Source of the DNA: Candidatus Poribacteria bacterium
GTDB taxonomy: Bacteria; Poribacteria; WGA-4E; WGA-3G
NCBI GenBank assembly: GCA_963665235.2
Contig: CAXXLX010000001.1
Coordinates: 1,376,001 to 1,440,000, forward strand
DNA: 64,000 bases
Direction of reading: 5' to 3'
Positions 49,530 through 60,139 of this stretch are shown piece by piece. A model generated the notes under the pieces. The model saw only the letters and a program-made list of their open reading frames with translations, was not told the DNA's origin and made no database searches. The position numbers and the translations under genes are program-made. Every line of letters begins with the position of its first letter. The first letter of the stretch is position 1.

Positions 49530-50405
49530 ATGAAAACAAAAGGTAGATTTACTGTTGCTGCTCTTTTGATTTTAAGCATTGCCGTCATCGGTTGCGGTAA
49601 GTTAAATCAGGAAGAGTTTGAAATGTGGAAAAACGAACACGTCGCCCAGCTCGATAAGACCAATACAGAGATTAAAACGCAAATCTCTACTCTTGATGGA
49701 AAAGTCGAGCAGCAGGGGAAGGACACGATGGAGGCAATCTCTAAAGCGAAGGACGAGGCAATTGCTGCTTCGCAACAAGGAGATGCCGATACGATTGCTG
49801 CTGCCAACCAAAATACTAAGGAACAGCTTGCGAAATTTCGCTCAGACACAACAAAGAGTATTGAGGCACAAGGCAAAAAATCGATGGATTTCGCCAAGGC
49901 AGAAGTCGCGAAAGCCCAAAAAGATAGTAAGACAAATGCTGATGGCTTGAAGGCAGTGCTAAACGACATGAAGGCATTCGGCTCTCGGCTGATGGCACTT
50001 GAAGGAAAACTCGCTGAGCTGCAAATGGATGTTGCCGCAAAACCAACACTTCTCACTACCGTCAATTTCGCAAGTGGACAGACCGGGCTCTCAAGCACGG
50101 CAAAAGAGATGCTTGATGGTATCGTTGAGCAGATTATGGAAAATTCGGACGCTGAAATCCAGGTCATCGGACACGCAGACGGAGCCCCTGTCTTACGAGG
50201 CACCTATCGAAGCAACTGGGATCTGTCCCAAGCTCGCGCGAACGCAGCCGCCAAGTACTTGGCAAGCAAAGGGATTGATTCCAACCGAATCACATCTGTC
50301 GGCAAGGGACACACGAACCCTGTTGCTGCACAGAATACGGCAGCCGGCAGAGCCCTGAATCGACGGGTGGAAGTGATTCTTCATCCCCCGGGGTCCAGTA
50401 AGTAG
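49530..50405 (+). CDS. OmpA/MotB-family lipoprotein with long coiled coil
   Basis: lipobox VIGC; VNFASG, GHAD, NWDLSQARA, NRRVEV; GGAGG RBS. Confidence 0.9.
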   Translation: MKTKGRFTVAALLILSIAVIGCGKLNQEEFEMWKNEHVAQLDKTNTEIKTQISTLDGKVEQQGKDTMEAISKAKDEAIAASQQGDADTIAAANQNTKEQLAKFRSDTTKSIEAQGKKSMDFAKAEVAKAQKDSKTNADGLKAVLNDMKAFGSRLMALEGKLAELQMDVAAKPTLLTTVNFASGQTGLSSTAKEMLDGIVEQIMENSDAEIQVIGHADGAPVLRGTYRSNWDLSQARANAAAKYLASKGIDSNRITSVGKGHTNPVAAQNTAAGRALNRRVEVILHPPGSSK

Positions 50406-50487
50406 TCTCTCATCGCTTGGGGCTTGCGTGCCTCGGTCTACCGATACACGCTATACACCTATTGAGCTGAAGGGGGGGGTGCCAGCC

Positions 50488-50597
50488 GTAGCATAAACTG
50501 TTAGTTTGTGCCAACATCGATTGGGCATCCCTCTCTGCACACAATAATCACAATGTATAAACGAATATCCGTATAGCATAAACTGTTAGTTTGTGCC
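50488..50597 (+). repeat. REP-like 24-bp direct repeat pair
   Basis: TAGCATAAACTGTTAGTTTGTGCC at 50489 and 50574, each a hairpin. Confidence 0.65.
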
Positions 50598-50626
50598 CCC
50601 TCCGACTCATAAACTTTGAGAAGCTT

Positions 50627-51319
50627 ATGCCTTATCTGTTAACAGTGCTGTTCCTTATCTATCTAAGCACCGGCATTTCAGTGGCAGACTCTACTGATGC
50701 CGAGTCTTCTAGACCTTTCCTTCCCGATTTTTTAGAGGTTCAAACGACATCGCTTCAACTTTCCCTATTTTCATACAAACCGGAGCTAGGCGATTTAGCA
50801 GAGCTTCTCCGAAACCTCGGCACCCCCGAAGTGTCTACCGCGGCAATGCCATCGATAGCAGTTGTCCTACAACATACATCGGAACTGGACTCGCGGTTAG
50901 AAATCGCCTATTGGGACACAGAGCTCGAGGTGCCACCGCCGACTTCAACGACGTTGTCTGCTACCCTCATGCCTATTTCATATCAACTCATTTATCGACC
51001 AGGATTGCTGTCCGGCTATATACCGCTCTATTTCGGGGGCGGCATCGGTTTTTTGCGGGTCAATTTCAGTAATAACCTCGAACAAGCAGGACTCACAATT
51101 CCGGAAGGTGTTTTCGGATGGACAGGATACTTTATCATCGGAATTGAACTGTTCCAGTGGGAGGCGGAACCAGGGGCGCGTGCTTACGTCACCAACAACA
51201 TATCGCTCAACTTTGAACTAAAACGAATTCTCAAAACCCTAGAGGCCACCGGACCGCCACCGCTCAACGTGGTTTTAGATGGTACTGCCATCGGAATAGG
51301 AATCAGAACACGGTTTTAA
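50627..51319 (+). CDS. putative outer-membrane beta-barrel protein
   Basis: signal peptide; YFGGGIG; terminal GIGIRTRF. Confidence 0.6.
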   Translation: MPYLLTVLFLIYLSTGISVADSTDAESSRPFLPDFLEVQTTSLQLSLFSYKPELGDLAELLRNLGTPEVSTAAMPSIAVVLQHTSELDSRLEIAYWDTELEVPPPTSTTLSATLMPISYQLIYRPGLLSGYIPLYFGGGIGFLRVNFSNNLEQAGLTIPEGVFGWTGYFIIGIELFQWEAEPGARAYVTNNISLNFELKRILKTLEATGPPPLNVVLDGTAIGIGIRTRF

Positions 51320-51337
51320 ACGTTTGGCAAGCCGCTC

Positions 51338-52738
51338 TTGAGACATCGGATGTCTTTAAAAAAACTGGGAAACCCTATCCCTCTGTTTCTAGTCTGCCTC
51401 GTGTTCGGAGCAATCCTCGGACGCTATTCAGAGACACCCCTCGCCCTCCTTTGCCTATTGGTCGCAACCGGTCTATTTGTATGCGTTGGGATGGAGTTCG
51501 CGCTCTATCTTCTGCTTGTCTGCTTACCCTTTTCGTTCCGCTATATCATTCCGAAGTTGTTGGAGGTTCAGACTCCTACCGAACCGTTGTTAGGTATGTT
51601 GAGTGCGGTCTATCTGTTAAAAAAGATTGTGGATTACGCGCGCCGCCAGCCGAAGCAGACCCCGCCCTTTCCGTTTCTAAAACCGCTCTGCTTTTACATT
51701 TTCGTCATGTTCCTGTCTGCAATCAATACCCCTGACCTTTTTGTCACTCTCAAAGGGGCCCTCCGCGCGAGCATTTATGTGATGTTCAGTCTGGTAGTAT
51801 ACGACTTAATCCGGAATCGCCAACGTTTGAAACGCCTTTTTATCGCCACGTTTCCGAGCGCTGCCGTTGCTATTGTCTGGACGATTATTGTGCTTATCTA
51901 TCATATTGACCAATGGCAGTGGACGAGTGCATATCGGAGTTCGCCTTTTACGAACTACTCCGTTTACGGCTCTTTCACGGCAGTTTTCTTCTTAATTTGC
52001 CTCAGCCGGTTGTTATTTGACAACAGCCGTTATGACCGCGTTCAGTGGGTAGGGTGGTTCGTCTGCTTTGGAGCGGGGCTCATTATGTGTTTTTCGCGCG
52101 GCGTGTGGCTCTCTGTCATCGTAGCGGTTGGACTTATGCTGCTCCAATTAGACAGCGGTGGGACACATAAAAAAATCCTGTTTATCGGTGCTGCCTGTCT
52201 TATCTTACTGATAGGTTTGAACCTACCGGGTGTTTACAACATATTTGTGGAACGAATTTTATCTACGGTGGATGTGGGTTATGCCTCAAACCGAGCGAGG
52301 CTACTCCGATGGGGACAGGCGATTATGATGTTCCTTGAAAGTCCTATTTTGGGGAAAGGTTACGGGGCTTTCGCGATGCTTTACGAGGAGGATGTCGGAC
52401 TTGTTGGCACTTACACGGCACAGTTTCAGCTGGGCGCGCACAGTGAATACCTACAAGTTATGGCGGAATTAGGGATTGTCGGGCTGGCAGCGTGGATATG
52501 GCTCAACCTTGCATTTCTACGTTACGGTTTTCGTGCGCTCAAAAGAATAGAAGACCGGTTTTACCGCGCAGTTGTCATCGGCCTCATGGCAGCCGAAATT
52601 TCGTTGATGGTGCATTTTATCGTAAACAACCTACTCAATGGCGATGCCATCGGCGTGCCGTTCTGGGGGATTTACGGACTACTGCCAGCAGTCGTCCAAA
52701 TAGCAGAGCGTCCGCCCAAGTCCCCGCTTACTTGTTAA
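51338..52738 (+). CDS. O-antigen ligase family protein
   Basis: multi-TM; SRGVW, SNRARL..W, PILGKGYG, AHSEYLQVMAELG. Confidence 0.88.
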   Translation: MRHRMSLKKLGNPIPLFLVCLVFGAILGRYSETPLALLCLLVATGLFVCVGMEFALYLLLVCLPFSFRYIIPKLLEVQTPTEPLLGMLSAVYLLKKIVDYARRQPKQTPPFPFLKPLCFYIFVMFLSAINTPDLFVTLKGALRASIYVMFSLVVYDLIRNRQRLKRLFIATFPSAAVAIVWTIIVLIYHIDQWQWTSAYRSSPFTNYSVYGSFTAVFFLICLSRLLFDNSRYDRVQWVGWFVCFGAGLIMCFSRGVWLSVIVAVGLMLLQLDSGGTHKKILFIGAACLILLIGLNLPGVYNIFVERILSTVDVGYASNRARLLRWGQAIMMFLESPILGKGYGAFAMLYEEDVGLVGTYTAQFQLGAHSEYLQVMAELGIVGLAAWIWLNLAFLRYGFRALKRIEDRFYRAVVIGLMAAEISLMVHFIVNNLLNGDAIGVPFWGIYGLLPAVVQIAERPPKSPLTC

Positions 52739-53333
52739 ATTTGACATATCGCCACCCATCAATAAGCACAGGGACCCCTCGGATGAGACATATTATGACA
52801 GCCACAGTAGCACCTATAAAGGCTACTGTCCGGAGAGTTCCAACATAGGCAACCTCCTGATGAAATTTTTCAAGGGTCATCACGATAGGAAGAGAGAGGA
52901 AGGCGAAGGCTTTGGAGGCACCAGAAAGAAGTCGAGAGATACGCGAACTTGTCAACGCACGGGTCCAGGGAACAGCCATCATTTCAAAAGGGGTTTTCCC
53001 CTGTTTGAGTGCCATGCTTCTCACACTATCGGTTAGGATACCGCGAACTACGACAGCAATCGGCATCCAGATAGGTATAATGTTATTCTGTATTCCTGCG
53101 AAGTAAATCCAAAAGACGTTTTCAATAATCCTGTCCGCGGCAATGTCAAAAACTGCCCCGAATGCAGAGGTCCGGTTCTGTTTACGCGCAATATAGCCAT
53201 CAATCGCGTCAAGCGCGAAGATGAGACCGATTGTTGCAATGCACACAATGTCCAAGTAGCGATGCTGTCCAAAGAGCACAAGAACAATCAAGGTTAACAA
53301 AAGACGATAGAACGTTATAGCGTTTGCTGTCAT
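52728..53333 (-). CDS. CDP-alcohol phosphatidyltransferase (PgsA-like)
   Basis: DAIDGYIAR..TS.FGAVFDIAADR motif. Confidence 0.9.
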   Translation of the reverse strand: MTANAITFYRLLLTLIVLVLFGQHRYLDIVCIATIGLIFALDAIDGYIARKQNRTSAFGAVFDIAADRIIENVFWIYFAGIQNNIIPIWMPIAVVVRGILTDSVRSMALKQGKTPFEMMAVPWTRALTSSRISRLLSGASKAFAFLSLPIVMTLEKFHQEVAYVGTLRTVAFIGATVAVIICLIRGVPVLIDGWRYVKFNK

Positions 53334-53523
53334 GACCGTTTATTCTCCTTCATTAGACATATTTTAACAGACATCCACCTTGCATGTCAAACATATAACG
53401 TTTTTTAGACAGTGGATATTGTTGCAGGGTTAGACTGTTTTGTGTTATAATCAAAAAAGAGAAATCTATTTGAAAATTGGCGAAAGTTTGTGGTACAATA
53501 CTAAAAAGATAGGAGGAAAAATT

Positions 53524-54288
53524 ATGAAAGTTGGTATTAGAGATGGGATGTTACCCGTTTCGTTTGAAGAATCGTTTCGGAAAGCAAAAGAGATTGGGTT
53601 TGATGGCATTGAGCTCTGCATGGGCACCAATTATCGGTCCCACCCACTTTGGCAAGAGGGCGGGATTGACAAGATAAATAGCCTCGCTGCGGATGCGGAT
53701 ATTGAGGTATCCTCGTTGTCTCCGGGCGGGTTCACGGCTTACTCGTTTATGCATCCGATTGACAGCGTGCGGACAGAAGGCATTGCGAAGCTGCAATATC
53801 TGGCGGAGACCTGTCCGAAATTAGGGACAAACGTGATTTTGGTGCCGTTCTTTGGGGGCGGTCAAATCAAGGATGAGCATATCACTTCACCGCGTTTTTT
53901 AGATGGGTTGAAAGCAGCAGCGGAAACCGCAGAGAAACAGAACGTTTTTCTCGCTATTGAATCCACGCTAAATGCTGCACAACACCAGCAAATTATTGAG
54001 CAAGTGGGTTCAAACGCCGTCGGTGTGTATTACGACATGGGCAATGCGACAGGTTTCGGCTACGATTCACCCACTGAAATACGGGACTTAGGCACATCGA
54101 TTGTTCAGATGCATATTAAAGACACAGGCGGCAATCACGCGGGGGAAGGTGAGGTCGATTTTCCGGCGGTTTTTGAGGCTGCACATGCTATCGGCTACGA
54201 CAGTTGGTTTGTGTTGGAAACGCCTGGGAAAGATGACCCGACTGCGTCAGCAGCGAAAAACCTCAATTTTGTCAGGAGCAACTTTTAA
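53524..54288 (+). CDS. sugar phosphate isomerase/epimerase (TIM barrel)
   Basis: GFDGIEL, YYDMGN, MHIKD, LET; AGGAGG RBS. Confidence 0.88.
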   Translation: MKVGIRDGMLPVSFEESFRKAKEIGFDGIELCMGTNYRSHPLWQEGGIDKINSLAADADIEVSSLSPGGFTAYSFMHPIDSVRTEGIAKLQYLAETCPKLGTNVILVPFFGGGQIKDEHITSPRFLDGLKAAAETAEKQNVFLAIESTLNAAQHQQIIEQVGSNAVGVYYDMGNATGFGYDSPTEIRDLGTSIVQMHIKDTGGNHAGEGEVDFPAVFEAAHAIGYDSWFVLETPGKDDPTASAAKNLNFVRSNF

Positions 54289-54395
54289 GCTGCATCGTTT
54301 TCGACTGGGGCCTATATTTCCTGTCCTTGCTACAGAAAAACTGACCCGCTTAACTACAAAAAATATAAGCCTTCACACCCCTTGGAGAGGTTGAT

Positions 54396-55208
54396 ATGAA
54401 CCGTCCAAAATTGGTTATCCCACGTTCGGAATCTAAAAAATTGCTGGCACTGCCGACACGTGAGGCGGAGCAACTGTTTCAAAGTTATGAAAAGGAGCAG
54501 CAATTGGAGATTCTTCGCGCCACACGCAATCCGAAGGACCGAGAACAATTATATTATCTTGTGCCGGATTGCACCGAGTTAATTCAAGAGAGCCCAACGG
54601 AAGAGGTCCTGCAGGTTTTGGACACCTTGCTCGGCACCGGGCTTGCCTCTGGATTATTACCCTGTTTGTCAAATGAGCAATTTGAGGAACTGATTGATAT
54701 TGCCGTTTGGCGAGACGGTAAATTGGATGAAGAATCCCTGAGCCTGTGGTTGTTTGAGTTCTCTGAATGCGACAGAGATGACCTCGGTCGATTTCTCGGT
54801 GAGATAGATATGCGGCTTATAGCGAGTCTGCTCAAAGAACGGGTTCACTTAAAAGAGGATTACGGCGGATTGATGATTGAGGAAGGCTACATCGAGCCTA
54901 ACTCCCCAGGGATTGACTACAAAGATGAGCAAGCCAAAGCGATTCTCAATGCAATTTGGGAAGCGGATAGTGAGCTCTTCACGCTGCTCCTTTTTGAACT
55001 CTTCGCTATTGACAAAGAGGGTGATGTTGAAACAGAGCTCGATACTGCATTAAACAGAGCACGCGAAGCAAGAGCCGAAAGGATGAAAGCGCGCGACCGC
55101 GAAGCAGGCATCGATATCACCGAAGCAGACCTGGTCAGGCAAGTTGACCTAGATACATTTGAACTTGACGAGGCCGAAGAGGACGAAGAGGACGATGCGG
55201 ACGAGTAA
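54396..55208 (+). CDS. hypothetical acidic protein (DUF6178-like N-terminal part)
   Basis: DIAVWRDGKLD..WL pattern; GGAGAGG RBS. Confidence 0.6.
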   Translation: MNRPKLVIPRSESKKLLALPTREAEQLFQSYEKEQQLEILRATRNPKDREQLYYLVPDCTELIQESPTEEVLQVLDTLLGTGLASGLLPCLSNEQFEELIDIAVWRDGKLDEESLSLWLFEFSECDRDDLGRFLGEIDMRLIASLLKERVHLKEDYGGLMIEEGYIEPNSPGIDYKDEQAKAILNAIWEADSELFTLLLFELFAIDKEGDVETELDTALNRAREARAERMKARDREAGIDITEADLVRQVDLDTFELDEAEEDEEDDADE

Positions 55209-56151
55209 GTTTTCTCTCGTAGCCGATACAGTCATTGATGGACATCTGTTTTTGGCACAGACTTTGGCACACGGCGATGCTACCGGTAAAATTAATACCG
55301 AAAAATCGGAAACGCTTTCCGACGACATCGCCGCAATTGCCCATAAACTGATTACAATGAAGGTAGCTGACCTTGCTGATGCCGCAGAGCTCCAAACGCA
55401 GGTTCAGACCGCATTCGCTTTGACAAGCTTAGGCTTGGAATACGGCAGCAAGGGAGATTTGGATAAGGCTGTGCGCGTCCTACTCGCCAATCGGGTTATC
55501 AAGTTTTACCAAATTGGCAATACGCTCACCGATAAATTGTGCAAACAGGCGAAACACCTCATAGAACATGCAGTGATTCTACCGCCTGCTACTATTAACC
55601 ATCTCGATATTGACCCTATCCGAATCTATAATCACGTCGAGGCGGAATTTTTAGAGGCAGTGACCAAATATAATAGCACTACTGCTACACCACAGGTGAT
55701 AATAAAAAACGACCATCCGCCTCGCACCTTCATGCAACTTTCCGACTTAACGGTGGTACATCAACAACTAGATTATATTGAAACCCGGTGGGCTTATGTT
55801 CAAGCATTGCCGCTTGATGATATTTTCACAATTGACCCACCGCTCAGTCTTACCGTTGACCCAATTCAGACGTTGACGCTCGGTTTGATGGCGAATTTAA
55901 GCCTCTACTCGCAGCTGCGTTTCCAGATGGAATTGGACGAGTTTAACGATTTTCGGGACATCGTTTATGATGAAGATAGTGAAAATATCCGACCAAGGGC
56001 ACGGCAACGCTTGCTCCACTGGATTGAACATTATCTTAAACAGGACAACCAGCCGGAAGCGGTCAGACAATACGCTGCAGCTTATTGGAATGCTTGTCTC
56101 GAAGAGATAACAGCATCTCACAGTCAATGGCAAATGTCGAATAGCGAATAG
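55195..56151 (+). CDS. hypothetical protein (DUF6178-like C-terminal part)
   Basis: SLGLEY..DL..AVRVL..IKFYQIG pattern; overlaps the upstream stop. Confidence 0.6.
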   Translation: MRTSKFSLVADTVIDGHLFLAQTLAHGDATGKINTEKSETLSDDIAAIAHKLITMKVADLADAAELQTQVQTAFALTSLGLEYGSKGDLDKAVRVLLANRVIKFYQIGNTLTDKLCKQAKHLIEHAVILPPATINHLDIDPIRIYNHVEAEFLEAVTKYNSTTATPQVIIKNDHPPRTFMQLSDLTVVHQQLDYIETRWAYVQALPLDDIFTIDPPLSLTVDPIQTLTLGLMANLSLYSQLRFQMELDEFNDFRDIVYDEDSENIRPRARQRLLHWIEHYLKQDNQPEAVRQYAAAYWNACLEEITASHSQWQMSNSE

Positions 56152-56226
56152 CTGACGACTAAATTGTGTGGCATGCAAAGTATCATGTTTTAATCAAGAA
56201 CTTTTGAGATTTTAGGAGGTGCAAAG

Positions 56227-56766
56227 ATGCAATTAGAAATCGCGACGTTGGGCGCAGGGTGTTTTTGGTGTGTCGAAGCAGTTTTTCAGCAGGTCGAGGG
56301 CGTTCATGAAGTCGTCTCCGGTTACATGGGCGGCACGACCGTCAATCCAAACTACCAAGCAGTGTGCACAGGGATAACAGGCCATGCGGAGGTCGTTCAG
56401 ATACAGTTTGACCCGAACGTTATCTCCTACGCTGCTTTGTTAGAAATCTTTTGGCACACACATGATGCAACCACGTTGAATCAGCAAGGTAATGATGTCG
56501 GAACGCAGTACCGTTCTGCAATTTTTTACCACTCCGAAGCACAACGGCGCATCGCTGAGGACTCCAAAGCAGAAATGGATAGCTCCGAGATGTGGGATGA
56601 CCCAATTGTTACGGAAGTTACGCCGATTGACACCTTCTATCCAGCGGAGGATTACCACCAAAACTATTTTCAATTGAATCCGAAACAGGCATATTGTCAA
56701 TTTGTGATTCATCCGAAGATGCGAAAGTTCACAAAGGATTTCAAGGATAAACTCAAAACGACCTGA
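56227..56766 (+). CDS. msrA: peptide methionine sulfoxide reductase A
   Basis: GAGCFWCVE, GHAEVV, QYRSAIF, AEDYHQNY. Confidence 0.96.
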   Translation: MQLEIATLGAGCFWCVEAVFQQVEGVHEVVSGYMGGTTVNPNYQAVCTGITGHAEVVQIQFDPNVISYAALLEIFWHTHDATTLNQQGNDVGTQYRSAIFYHSEAQRRIAEDSKAEMDSSEMWDDPIVTEVTPIDTFYPAEDYHQNYFQLNPKQAYCQFVIHPKMRKFTKDFKDKLKTT

Positions 56767-56805
56767 TGTCGTAAAGGTTATCCTTGAAAGGGAGATAATG
56801 AAACA

Positions 56806-58383
56806 ATGTTAAAACCGTTTTTTATGGGTTTCACAGCCCTTATCTGTTTTTTTATCGTTGGCGATGTGATTGCACAAGAAACCGCCCCACCACCGGTAGC
56901 TGTAAATGTAATAAAACCGCGCCGTGGCACGATTGTCTCCGAGAAGGGTTACAAAGGTTACCTACAACCGCGAGCGGAGGTTAAGGTTTTTGCGAATATA
57001 CCGGGCAAAATTATTACACTGAGTGCTGAGGCCGGGCAAACCGTAGCAAAGGGCGCAGTGCTTGCACAGAGCGATGCCCAGGCAGCAGGGATTACCGCAA
57101 TAAAAGCGGAGGTGGCGTTAAGCATTGCCCAATCGCAACTCACAACCACAGAAGCGAATGCCCAAACGCGTGTAGAATCACAACTTGTGACTGCACAGGA
57201 GACGCTTATGGCAACGCAGGCAAAATTAGAGGAGACAAAATCACTTGCCGAAATGCGGATTCGCAATCAGCTGACACAGGCAGAATCTGCCTACAAAGCA
57301 GCGGAGGCGAACGTTGAACGCTCAAAAGTCAACGCGCAGCAAGCCTTGGAACGTGCAAACGCCGAGTTTACCAAAGCGAAATCCGATTTTGAAAGAAACA
57401 AAACCCTTCACGAAAAGGAGCTCATCAGTGACAGTGCCTTGGAATCTTCAGAGACGACTTTCAAACTTGTGCAAAGTCGCTATGAAGAGGCGGTAGCTGC
57501 AGCGAAGCAGCATCAGGATAGCACTGCACAGCTTGCAGTGGAAAAGGCGAAGGCAGAACTATCAGTAGCGCGAAAGGTTGTGGAAAACCGCGGCTGGGAA
57601 CGTGAAATCGCCTCGGCTGAATCGAAGGTCACCCAGGCGCAAGCGAACCTCCGCACCGCCCAAAAATTGGTTGAAGCGAAGGCATGGGAACGGGAAATCG
57701 CAATCGCTAAAACCGCGGTGAGCGAAGCCGAGGAGCAGTTGAAACTTGCACGGGAGCAGGTAAATAAAGCAACAATCACGTCACCGATTGATGGCGTTAT
57801 CGCTACACGCCACCTCGGGGTCGGTACCTATGCAAAATCTGCTGAATCGTCAGGCACCCCTATATTCACGATTGTTGCGATGGATATCCTTAGGGCGGTT
57901 TGGACGGTGCCAGCCAGCGATGTAAACCAAATTAAAAACGGGAATATGGCACTGATTACGACAGCGACCGGCATTCAAAACATTGTCGGCACAATTGACT
58001 TCATCAGTCCGGTTGTTAAACAGGGGGAGAACACGGTTGTTGTTCACGCCACGCTTCTGAAGACGGAGGCAATGCCTGCCGAGGGCGCGCCGCCCGCGCA
58101 GAATAGCAGCTTGAAACCTGGCACCGCTGTCACGATTTCTATCAAAACCGGAGAACGGAAAAACGTCCAGCTGCTGCCACGGCGCGCGGTTTTGCATATT
58201 CAGAACGGCAGCGGTACAATTTTCGTCGTCGAGGAAAACGTCGCGCGGCCTAAACAGGTAACGGTCGGGGCAGTTTACGGCGGTGAAATTGAGGTTACCT
58301 CGCGCCTCGCCCAAAACGTCCAGGTCATTGTTGATGAACAGCATCGATTGCAGGATGGCACCTCTGTTTCAATCGTTCGTTAG
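56806..58383 (+). CDS. efflux periplasmic adaptor (HlyD/RND MFP) with extended coiled coil
   Basis: lipoyl halves GQTVAKGAVL and ITSPIDGVI; LKPG; V.VG motifs. Confidence 0.85.
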   Translation: MLKPFFMGFTALICFFIVGDVIAQETAPPPVAVNVIKPRRGTIVSEKGYKGYLQPRAEVKVFANIPGKIITLSAEAGQTVAKGAVLAQSDAQAAGITAIKAEVALSIAQSQLTTTEANAQTRVESQLVTAQETLMATQAKLEETKSLAEMRIRNQLTQAESAYKAAEANVERSKVNAQQALERANAEFTKAKSDFERNKTLHEKELISDSALESSETTFKLVQSRYEEAVAAAKQHQDSTAQLAVEKAKAELSVARKVVENRGWEREIASAESKVTQAQANLRTAQKLVEAKAWEREIAIAKTAVSEAEEQLKLAREQVNKATITSPIDGVIATRHLGVGTYAKSAESSGTPIFTIVAMDILRAVWTVPASDVNQIKNGNMALITTATGIQNIVGTIDFISPVVKQGENTVVVHATLLKTEAMPAEGAPPAQNSSLKPGTAVTISIKTGERKNVQLLPRRAVLHIQNGSGTIFVVEENVARPKQVTVGAVYGGEIEVTSRLAQNVQVIVDEQHRLQDGTSVSIVR

Positions 58384-58442
58384 CTTAACGCGCGGCACTT
58401 GTTCAGAAGGCGTGTATGAGCACGACGGCACGCCTCCCTAAA

Positions 58443-59840
58443 TCACTCCCACAAATAGATGTGAATTGTCCTATCTTTGGCACGAGCGTAGGCGGGCAAT
58501 GTTCTGACCATGCGTCCTCTTTGACGAATCCAATCGCGCACCTTTTGATTGGCATCAAAGACGTTGAAGCTCGCCACGTCCACTAAAAACCATAACCGCC
58601 TTTTCCCCAAAGGTGTCCACTGCTTCTCAAACCCTTCCGCGTCACGCAGCAGCCTGTCAGCGTCGAACGCCTCCATTTCCGGAAGGTAATACGTTCCCAT
58701 CTGTGGTTCCGAAAGCACGATGCTATCTATAGGTTTCATCTGTGTCCTGATAGCGGCGAACGCTTCCCGCCACTTCGGTCGCCCCCCATTTTCGAGGTTA
58801 AAATAGAGATACGCTTGTGACAGCAACACGATGATGAGCAGGGCAGGCAGAAGTGCTTTAGATAGATAAGACTTGTCCGCAACGTGTGCTTCCCAAATAG
58901 TGGTACACCCTACAGCTGCGAGGATGAAATAGGCTGGCGTTGTCCAAAACAGATAATAACCTGCGACGTTCTGAAACTGTGATGCAACAAGCAAGAGTGC
59001 TAATCCTACTCCTGCGTAGCAGCTGAGAAAGCGGATGCCACGTTCAGTAGGTTTCGTAATAACGGCAAAAAAGGCGGTAACGGCTACCGGAATGCTAACC
59101 CCCTGGACAAGTGTTAGCACAATATAGAGCGGACTACGTTGCCATTCGTTGCGGCCCCATCCGGCAAAAAAGTAATCCCGAATTTGTGGAAGCGCGAGCA
59201 GGAGCACAGGTAAGGCGAACGGCATAAAAAAGAGTAGCAGAATTAACCATCGCTTTCTGGTACGCGCCTCTAATAAACACAAAACAGCATAGACTGCCAA
59301 GGCCGGCACGATAACTACCGCAAGGACGTGTGATAGAATTAGGCAGATACAGCTGACAAGTGCCCCCCCCATGAAAATCAACGAATTGCGTTCTAAAGCG
59401 ATATAGAAAAACCAAGCTGTTAACACCGCGAACAGAAAGGTGAAGATATAGGAACGCGCATTCTGTGACCAAAACAGATGCCAACTTGAAAGGGCTACAA
59501 ACGTCGCTGCAAGCAGCCCAACCCGCCTATTGAATAAGGTCCGTCCGAATCCGAAGACGACCGGGATAGAAAGAATCCCAACCACACACGGAATTAACCG
59601 ACTGCCCCATTCTGTGTCACCAGCAATTGTCAAAGAGAGTTTTACGGCAATGTAAGGAAGCGGATTAATCGGTGAATTGGAGAGTGAAAAGTTTTGTGCG
59701 TCAAGCACGGTGAGGACTTCATCAATCCAGAAACTCCATCCTCCGAGGTGCCACAATCGAAGTATCCCCCCGATGCTGACAATACCGATGAGCATGATAT
59801 GCCTATTTTTTAGGCAATTTTGTGATGAAAATTTCAGCAT
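58443..59840 (-). CDS. GT-C (family 39-like) glycosyltransferase
   Basis: SFWIDE and SQNARSY motifs; multi-TM. Confidence 0.85.
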   Translation of the reverse strand: MLKFSSQNCLKNRHIMLIGIVSIGGILRLWHLGGWSFWIDEVLTVLDAQNFSLSNSPINPLPYIAVKLSLTIAGDTEWGSRLIPCVVGILSIPVVFGFGRTLFNRRVGLLAATFVALSSWHLFWSQNARSYIFTFLFAVLTAWFFYIALERNSLIFMGGALVSCICLILSHVLAVVIVPALAVYAVLCLLEARTRKRWLILLLFFMPFALPVLLLALPQIRDYFFAGWGRNEWQRSPLYIVLTLVQGVSIPVAVTAFFAVITKPTERGIRFLSCYAGVGLALLLVASQFQNVAGYYLFWTTPAYFILAAVGCTTIWEAHVADKSYLSKALLPALLIIVLLSQAYLYFNLENGGRPKWREAFAAIRTQMKPIDSIVLSEPQMGTYYLPEMEAFDADRLLRDAEGFEKQWTPLGKRRLWFLVDVASFNVFDANQKVRDWIRQRGRMVRTLPAYARAKDRTIHIYLWE

Positions 59841-59984
59841 GTTTGTTCAAAAATCTATCGCTTTAAACTGCGAAAATCGGTTCGCTATACATTGATATTT
59901 ACAGCGCAGAAGATAGGCTAAAGTAAGGCTCCCGCTTATGTTTATCGTGTGCTATCTACCGTGTTATCTTTCATAAAAACCAAA

Positions 59985-60001
59985 TTGGCACGTATATTGC
60001 T
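59985..60001 (+). promoter_or_regulatory. sigma54 -24/-12 promoter
   Basis: TTGGCACGTATATTGCT matches TGGCAC-N5-TTGC. Confidence 0.75.
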
Positions 60002-60139
60002 TAAATAGGGCAGTGCTAGTAAGCACAAATTCTATCAAAAGTTGGTGCCGGAGTCAAGAAAAGTTTTCACATCTGGCACACACGACACTATCGCACGGCA
60101 TATACCCGTGCTTGTACATAATACAATAAGGAGATATTA

